Below are positions 57,832 to 64,000 of a stretch of DNA of 64,000 nucleotides, one piece after another. The stretch's first letter is position 1; each line of letters opens with the position of its first letter. Location: contig CALXRP010000008.1 of assembly GCA_944390885.1 (NCBI GenBank), forward strand, positions 5,019 through 69,018, written 5' to 3'. This stretch comes from an uncultured Alphaproteobacteria bacterium (GTDB taxonomy: Bacteria > Pseudomonadota > Alphaproteobacteria > RF32 > CAG-239). The notes beneath the pieces are model-generated. The model had not been told where the DNA came from. It made no database searches and saw nothing but the letters and a program-made list of their open reading frames with translations. The position numbers were made by a program, and so were the translations under genes.

Positions 57832-58497
57832 CTATCCGGCCTTTTGGGTCAGATAATCCGGAATAATCAGATTGGCATCTGTTGACGCCAAAATTTCCTC
57901 CAAAGAAAAATTCGGATTAATTTCTTTCAACACCAACCCCTGCGGCGTAACGTCAATCACGCAGCGCTCCGTAACAATCATATCCACCTCGTGCTGCGCC
58001 GTCAAAGGAATGGAGCATTTTTTAACGATTCTCGGACGCCCTTTGCTGGTATGTTCCATGGCAATAATCACCTTTTTTGCCCCGACGACCAAATCCATTG
58101 CGCCGCCCATTCCGGGAACAAGCACGCCGGGGATCATCCAGTTGGCCAGATTCCCTTCTTCGTCAACTTGCAAAGCGCCGAGAACGGTCGCATCCACATG
58201 CCCGCCGCGAATAATGGTAAAAGCCATCGACGTGTCAAAAAAAACAGCCCCCGGACGGGTTGTAACGGCCAGTCCGCCGGCATTAATAACTTTCGGATTC
58301 TCCGGCGCGCTCAAATCACGGTGTCCGACGCCGGTCATTCCGTTTTCCGACTGAAAAATCACATGAATATTGTGCGGAATATAATTAGCAACTTCGGTCG
58401 GCAAACCAATACCAAGGGTAATAACATCTCCCTCTTTAACCTCTTTTGCCACACGCCGTGCAATAATCTCGCGGCATTGTTCTTTTGAAAGTTCCAT
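57832..58497 (-). CDS. scoB: 3-oxoacid CoA-transferase subunit B.
   Basis: The sequence …SENGMTGVG…GGAMDLVVGAKKVIIAMEH… is typical of CoA transferase family I beta subunits. The start was chosen at MELSKEQ. Confidence 0.8.
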   Translation of the reverse strand: MELSKEQCREIIARRVAKEVKEGDVITLGIGLPTEVANYIPHNIHVIFQSENGMTGVGHRDLSAPENPKVINAGGLAVTTRPGAVFFDTSMAFTIIRGGHVDATVLGALQVDEEGNLANWMIPGVLVPGMGGAMDLVVGAKKVIIAMEHTSKGRPRIVKKCSIPLTAQHEVDMIVTERCVIDVTPQGLVLKEINPNFSLEEILASTDANLIIPDYLTQKAG

Positions 58498-58504
58498 CTT
58501 GACC

Positions 58505-59146
58505 TCACACAGCAATATAATCAATAAACAATCCCGGAATGGTAACTTCTGCCGGGTTCAGCGGCTCGTCGCAAATCTCGTCCGCTTCCAGAATGACAGT
58601 TTCGGCAGCCGTAGCCATCACAGGGTTAAAGTTACGCGTCGTTCCGTCCAGAAAAGCGTTGCCGAATTTGTCGGCTTTGGTGGCATAAACAATCGCCACA
58701 TCAGCTTTCAGCGGTTTTTCCAGCAAATATTTTTTGCCGTCGATTTCAATCGTTTCTTTGCCTTCTTCCACCACCGTACCAATACCGGTCGGGGTCAAAA
58801 AGCCCCCCAGACCTGCGCCTGCGGAACGGATTCTCTCAACCAGCGTTCCCATCGGAACAAGCTGCACTTCCAACTCTCCGGCATGCATCTGACGTCCGGT
58901 TTCCGGGTTTGTGCCGATATGGGCGGCAATCACTTTCTTAACCAGCTTGTTCACAATCAGCTTGCCGCGGTCATAATCCGGATAAGACGTATCATTAGCA
59001 ATCAGCGTCAGGTTGCCGGTTTTGTTATTAATAAGCTCGTCAATAATTTTAACAGGCGTGCCGCAGCGCAAAAAACCGCCGATCATCACCGACGAATTGC
59101 TTTTAATCAGCTTTGCGGCCTCAGAAACAGAGATTATTTTTTTCAC
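58505..59146 (-). CDS. scoA: 3-oxoacid CoA-transferase subunit A.
   Basis: The alpha-subunit motifs are present (…SVMIGGFLRCGTPVKIIDEL…). Confidence 0.8.
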   Translation of the reverse strand: MKKIISVSEAAKLIKSNSSVMIGGFLRCGTPVKIIDELINNKTGNLTLIANDTSYPDYDRGKLIVNKLVKKVIAAHIGTNPETGRQMHAGELEVQLVPMGTLVERIRSAGAGLGGFLTPTGIGTVVEEGKETIEIDGKKYLLEKPLKADVAIVYATKADKFGNAFLDGTTRNFNPVMATAAETVILEADEICDEPLNPAEVTIPGLFIDYIAV

Positions 59147-59248
59147 GAAATTCTCAAATTTTATTAATCACAACAAACGGAATATACATCAGATTTTTGA
59201 AAAAGTCATCAATTTAAATCTTACTCTGCAGAAAATCGGCTCAGATTC

Positions 59249-59329
59249 GGATAAATAATTATCCTAAAGAAAATATTATATCCAATATGTTGGATAATAA
59301 AATTCCGGAAAAAGGATAATATATTATCC
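59249..59329. promoter_or_regulatory. Three palindromic operator-like sites upstream of the XRE regulator gene.
   Basis: The three sites are GGATAAATAATTATCC (59249-59264), TATCCAATATGTTGGATA (59279-59296) and GGATAATATATTATCC (59314-59329). All are perfect palindromes sharing GGATA/TATCC half-sites. Confidence 0.5.
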
Positions 59330-59348
59330 CGAAAAGGAAAATCAGATA

Positions 59349-59765
59349 ATGTCATCACCCAAAAAAAGCCTGTTCAATATCGGCTATAAAATCAAAGCAT
59401 TTCGCGAGGCCAACAACCTGACTCAGGAGCAATTGGCCGATTTGATGAACTGCAATTTCAAAACGGTCGGCAACCTGGAAAATGACCGCACGGTGCCGGA
59501 TTTGAAGCAGATAATCAATCTGTGCGATGTGCTGAATATCAGTATGGACGAGCTCTTTGCCGACGTCTTGCACAAGACGGACGGATTCGTTGAGCCGTCG
59601 GAAAATGATGAGAGTTATCCGTTCTTTGTCAACCGCCGGGTTGCGGACGTTCCGCTCAGCAAGTTGAAAAAGGTCGAGACCCTGAGTCTGAAGCTGCGCA
59701 AATTAAATGAAAAAGAATTAAACATTGTCGACGCCTTAATCGGTTCGCTTATGCAAAATCGTTAA
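59349..59765 (+). CDS. XRE-family helix-turn-helix transcriptional regulator.
   Basis: The N-terminal HTH_XRE domain is present (IKAFREANNLTQEQLADLMNCNFKTVGNLENDRTVPDLKQIINLCDVLNISMDELF). Confidence 0.7.
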   Translation: MSSPKKSLFNIGYKIKAFREANNLTQEQLADLMNCNFKTVGNLENDRTVPDLKQIINLCDVLNISMDELFADVLHKTDGFVEPSENDESYPFFVNRRVADVPLSKLKKVETLSLKLRKLNEKELNIVDALIGSLMQNR

Positions 59766-60017
59766 TATTTTAACTGTTTCGTAATAAATTATCCTCAATT
59801 TTCAAAAAATTTTTGAGACAAAAAAAGCCAATAAAACCGCCACTCCCGGCATAGTGAATCATAACATGTTATGTATATTTTATTGCCATAAATTTTTTTA
59901 AACAGATAATGTGTTGCCATTTAAAAAATTTCAATTATAATTGCGCTTATCTCGATAGTTGTATTAGAGATACGTAGTTTTTTCATATAGAAAACTTTCA
60001 TTTAAGAGGAATTTAAT

Positions 60018-62903
60018 ATGAGTTTTAAAAATAAATTAGGCAGAACAGTATCTTACACGGTCTTGCTGGCCGGAGTTCTGACTGCCGGCAACGCTTTGGG
60101 TGCAGAGTATACTTCTGATACGCTCAAAGGTGATGTCACGCTTGAAGGAACGGAAAATACTTTTACCGGAGATTTGAATATTAACAATCCGGAATCAACC
60201 GTCAGCCTGAAAGGTGATGGTTCCTTAACTTTTGGCGAAGGAAACATCACAATTTCCGGCGTTGATGAATACGGCGACAGCACCCAGCGTAACAGCATCA
60301 ATGCAGCAGGAACCTGGGAAGCTGATTTAATTTTTGATGAAAATTTCGGATCAGCAAAATTAACAGACGGTGCTTCTATTGAGGCCGATAATATTACAAT
60401 TAAAGGCGGAAATTTTGAATTGAGCGGTTCAAATGAGGCATTAAGCAATGTCCCCGAAGGAAAAGATTGGGTGTATGGCACGCTTTTGGGGCCGACCGGC
60501 ACGTTAACTGTAGAAGGCGGAACGGTCAGTGTTTCTGATAAGGCTCAGATTAATGCTGAAAAAATTAATATGACCGGAGGCACTATTAACTTAAATGGTG
60601 GAAAAGCACTGTTGCGTACATTCGGTGAGGGTGAAAATATTGAGGTCGGTGGCGGAGAGAAGACTGCCGTTATCAATGTTACGGGCGATAACTATATTTC
60701 TACCAAAGGTGAATTTAACCTCAATAAAAATTCTGAATTAAATTTGAATAATGCCATTCTGGATTTGGTTGAGAATATGCCGCAAGATGCTGACGGTGCT
60801 GAATTAACAGCTCAAACCGTAACCAACCTCGCCGGTATCATCAATGTCAATACTTCTACACTCAATGGTAATATTGAAATGAATGGTACTCAGGCTATAA
60901 GTGGTGCTTTAACAGGCTTGGGTGATGCTACTGAAGAAGAAAAAAATGCCGCAATGATCGAAGCTGCACCAAAAGCAAACTTCACTGGTAATAATATCAT
61001 TAATGGCGAAGTAACAAATACAGCTGGCATAATTAATATCAATAATGGTAGCTTAGTTGTAAATAGTGAAAATGCAATAAAGAATGAAGCAACAGGTATA
61101 ATTTCTGTTGCTGATGGTGCCTCTTTAACGGCAGAAAAAGGAATTACCAATGGCGGTTATCTTGATGTGGCAGGAAAAATTAATGCTGCTGTAACCAATA
61201 ACGGTCAGGTCAGCGTTAAAGGTTCTAACGCTTATATTGAAAAATTGACCGGCGGCGATTTGGAAATCAGCGCCAATACGTCTTCTTCCGAACTCTTTGG
61301 GAAGGAATCCAGCGTTAATGAAGCTTACATCTCAGCCGGTAACGAATTTACCCTTGATAACGAAAAATTCTCTGCCACAAATTATGTAACCTACGGCAAA
61401 CTGGCTCTTTCGGACCATGATGTTACTGGTGTTACCAAAACCAAAGTCGGCAACGGCGGTACTTTGGATCTGGGCAGCAATACACTGAAGAGCACAACGA
61501 CCACTATGTGGAATGGTTCAACCCTGTCTTTCAATGTTGACCAGACAGCCGATGGTGAAAGAACACAAGAAGGTGGTAAACTTGATGGTGATTTGGCTGT
61601 CATTTTGAAAGATGGCGAAAGCGCAACAATTAACCCGACGATTGCTTTGGGTGTAGAAGATGGTACATATACATATGCCAACAGCTTTGCTACAAAAGAA
61701 GGTGATGATGCTGGCGTAGCTGATCCTCAACTCAATATCAGCCAAAACAATATGCTTTATAATGTTGACTTCTCTGAAGACGGCAACAACATCTTGGATA
61801 TTGAAAAGAAAGGTGCTGATGAAGTTGCTCAAGGAGTTGCATCTGCCGGTGGTGATGCAAACCATGCCGGTCTGATTAATGCCTGGGTCGGCGGCAATGC
61901 AAATGCTTCTGCTTTGTCCGGCGAAGCCCGTGCAATGGCTGAACACCTGAACACACTGGCTCAGACCAATCCGAAAGCAGCTGTTGATGCAGCCAAAGCT
62001 TTGGCTCCGGAAGTCAATCCGGTTGTTGACAGCCACGTTACCGAAAACGCCCGCCAGATTTTCAATGTTGCCGGTTCTCGTTTAGACAGCGCAACCCGCG
62101 GCATGGCTTCCGGTGATAGCATGTTTAAGAAAGCCGGTATGTGGATCCAAGGTTTGCTCAACAAAACGGAATATGACAAACATGATGGATTTGATGTTGA
62201 CTCCGAAGGTATCGCAGCCGGTATTGACGGATACGTTACAGACAATGTTAAAGTCGGTGTTGGTTATGCTTATACGGAATCTGACATTGACTCTATCGGT
62301 CGCAAAACGGATGCCGATACAAACACCGGGTTCATCTATGGTGAATACAATGCGCCTTCTTACTATGTAAACGGTGTTGCTTCTTACAGCAAGGGCGATT
62401 ACAAAGAGAAGAAGAACGTTGCCGGAAAATTGGCTCGTGCCAGCTACGATGTTGATGCAATTGCCATGCAGGCGATTGCCGGTTACAAGATGGGCAATTT
62501 TGCTCCGGAAGCCGGATTGCGTTACATCAATGCTCAGCAGGATGCTTATACTGATACGGCCGGTCAGCATGTCGGCTCTAACAGCTCAGATACGTTAACG
62601 GCTATCTTGGGCGGTAGATATGCAACCAATATCCAGGCCGGCGAATACACGCTGCGTCCGGAAGTCAAATTGGCCGCTACTTATGACCTGATGAGAGACA
62701 AAAACTCAACAGCCGTAACGCTGGCTAACGGGGCAGGATACCTGGTTCGCGGCGAGAACTTAGACAGATTCGGTATTGAAGCCGGTGTCGGTCTGAGCAT
62801 GGCTGTAAGCGATAACGTTAAAGTTGGTCTGAACTATGAAGGCCGCTTTAAGGAAGACTATACCGATCATACCGGTATCTTAGAAGCACGTTATAACTTC
62901 TAA
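60018..62903 (+). CDS. Autotransporter (type Va) outer membrane protein with a repetitive beta-helical passenger domain.
   Basis: A signal peptide is present. The passenger is rich in G/N/T repeats (…TGGTINLNGG…). The C-terminal ~280 aa is a beta-barrel translocator ending in an aromatic residue (…ILEARYNF). Confidence 0.75.
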   Translation: MSFKNKLGRTVSYTVLLAGVLTAGNALGAEYTSDTLKGDVTLEGTENTFTGDLNINNPESTVSLKGDGSLTFGEGNITISGVDEYGDSTQRNSINAAGTWEADLIFDENFGSAKLTDGASIEADNITIKGGNFELSGSNEALSNVPEGKDWVYGTLLGPTGTLTVEGGTVSVSDKAQINAEKINMTGGTINLNGGKALLRTFGEGENIEVGGGEKTAVINVTGDNYISTKGEFNLNKNSELNLNNAILDLVENMPQDADGAELTAQTVTNLAGIINVNTSTLNGNIEMNGTQAISGALTGLGDATEEEKNAAMIEAAPKANFTGNNIINGEVTNTAGIININNGSLVVNSENAIKNEATGIISVADGASLTAEKGITNGGYLDVAGKINAAVTNNGQVSVKGSNAYIEKLTGGDLEISANTSSSELFGKESSVNEAYISAGNEFTLDNEKFSATNYVTYGKLALSDHDVTGVTKTKVGNGGTLDLGSNTLKSTTTTMWNGSTLSFNVDQTADGERTQEGGKLDGDLAVILKDGESATINPTIALGVEDGTYTYANSFATKEGDDAGVADPQLNISQNNMLYNVDFSEDGNNILDIEKKGADEVAQGVASAGGDANHAGLINAWVGGNANASALSGEARAMAEHLNTLAQTNPKAAVDAAKALAPEVNPVVDSHVTENARQIFNVAGSRLDSATRGMASGDSMFKKAGMWIQGLLNKTEYDKHDGFDVDSEGIAAGIDGYVTDNVKVGVGYAYTESDIDSIGRKTDADTNTGFIYGEYNAPSYYVNGVASYSKGDYKEKKNVAGKLARASYDVDAIAMQAIAGYKMGNFAPEAGLRYINAQQDAYTDTAGQHVGSNSSDTLTAILGGRYATNIQAGEYTLRPEVKLAATYDLMRDKNSTAVTLANGAGYLVRGENLDRFGIEAGVGLSMAVSDNVKVGLNYEGRFKEDYTDHTGILEARYNF

Positions 62904-63040
62904 GCACTATTATTATATTGCTCCAATTACGGCAAGATCCCGGTTCAGCAGTCCTCGGGGTCTTGCTTTTTTATCTGTTAATATCGTTGCCAAAAACAAA
63001 ATCCTGTTATAAATTAAAACCAAGGAAAATTTTTTAAGCA

Positions 63041-64000
63041 AGAAAAACATATGCAGTATCAGGAATATGATTTAAATCACGCTTTGGGGATTCGGCTTGC
63101 CGATGAGATTCGGTTAAACGGCAGAACATTGCCGAAAGGACACGAGCTGACGGCCGCCGATATTGAAGATTTGAAGTTCATCGGCATCCGGCGGATTTTC
63201 GGCGCACGGATGGATAAAAATGATTTGGCTTTTCAAACGGCGCTGGGGATTGTGGCGGCCAAACTTTGCGGCGAAAATACCGAATATTGCATAAACGATG
63301 ACGGTTCCGCCAAAATCATCGCCGCCGTTGATGGCATTTTTGAATGTTCCGACGACCGCGTGGCAAAATTTAACCGCGTGGCGGAATATTTTATTTTGAA
63401 CACGATAAAAGTTTATCACCCCGTTCGCAAAGGGGAGGTGGTTGCGCAATTATACACCAATTATCCGGTTCTGGGGCAAAAGCAGGTGGACGAGGTTGTC
63501 TACCGTCTTTCCGGAAACGTCGATATGCTGAGGGTTTCGGCCATCCGCAGTCGCAAGGTCGGTTTGCTTTATACCAAACTTTATCAAAATAAAACGGAGG
63601 AAAAACATTTCACCAAGGTGGTCAAACGGCTGATTAAGGAGTTTGGCGGCCAGGGGCTGGAGTTTGTGCGGGAATATTCGGCGCGCCACGAGGTGGAAGA
63701 AATCGCCGATGCGCTGGAATTGTCTTTTCGGGATGATAACGAGATTCTTTTTATTGTTCCGGCGCAAAAGACCGTCTGTGCTGAAGATGTGATCCCGTCG
63801 GCGCTGCGCAGTATTGCCGATGAGATTGTCAGCCACGAGGTTCCGAACGTCGGCGCATCAGATTTGATTATTGCCCATAAGCGCGGAAAAAAAATCATCA
63901 GCCTGCCGTATAATTATGACGAGGCGGACGGTACGCTGATTCACCGCTATATCTTGCAGGCCGTTATCAGTGAAAAATTGCTGAGTTTCGATTTCTCTCA
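63041..64000 (+). CDS. Hypothetical protein, 3'-truncated by the window edge. It is not in the supplied ORF track because no stop codon falls inside the window.
   Basis: The frame beginning at ATG 63041 is open to the window end. The sequence reads MQYQEYDLNHALGIRLADEIRLNGRTLPKGHELTAADIEDLKFIGIRR…. The minus-strand ORFs listed here are spurious shadows. Confidence 0.5.

Noticed and set aside
63114-63836. Two minus-strand ORFs of 111 aa and 128 aa near the window end.
   Set aside because: The plus strand carries a long uninterrupted frame from ATG 63041 to the window end. That frame has protein-like composition and was absent from the ORF track only because it has no in-window stop. The minus ORFs are its shadows.

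Overview
This ~64 kb chromosomal segment comes from a moderately low-GC alphaproteobacterium that looks host-associated or endosymbiont-like. The alphaproteobacterial call rests on gene order: lpxC-bamD-recN, rpsF-rpsR-rplI without priB, maf-rng, and a DUF4167 protein. The endosymbiont-like reading rests on a fragmented dcw cell-division cluster, an ankyrin-repeat protein, an autotransporter and intergenic mosaic palindromic repeat arrays. Housekeeping content includes fliK-flgD-flgE, RNase P RNA, lpxC/bamD/recN, mraZ-rsmH-ftsL-ftsI, an asd-like gene, a mechanosensitive channel and murD. Further housekeeping content includes ftsB, an M23 peptidase, bactofilin, asnS, rpoH, prmC, clpB, rplI-rpsR-rpsF, comM, smpB, yacG, rng, maf, dksA, a phoR-like kinase and mutS. 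The remaining housekeeping genes are rplM-rpsI, ybaK, ygiW, scoAB, an XRE regulator and an autotransporter. The most unusual content is a pair of paralogous, highly cysteine-rich secreted proteins, one at 8517-9923 (+) and one at 40345-41613 (-). They are near-identical at the DNA level over their 5' halves and lie as an inverted repeat ~32 kb apart. Each is preceded by an array of short GTCAT-stem-loop palindromic mosaic repeats of the Neisseria dRS3/NIME type, and a third array lies at 50.1-50.5 kb. Other accessory features are a tRNA-Thr with a duplicated 3' half next to a CatB-type xenobiotic acetyltransferase and a KAP P-loop NTPase. There is also a lipoprotein carrying a catalytically degenerate trypsin-like domain and an asd homolog lacking catalytic motifs. 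The last accessory features are a truncated RhuM fragment ahead of an ankyrin protein, and a conserved promoter cassette shared by rnpB, rplM and the DUF4167 gene.
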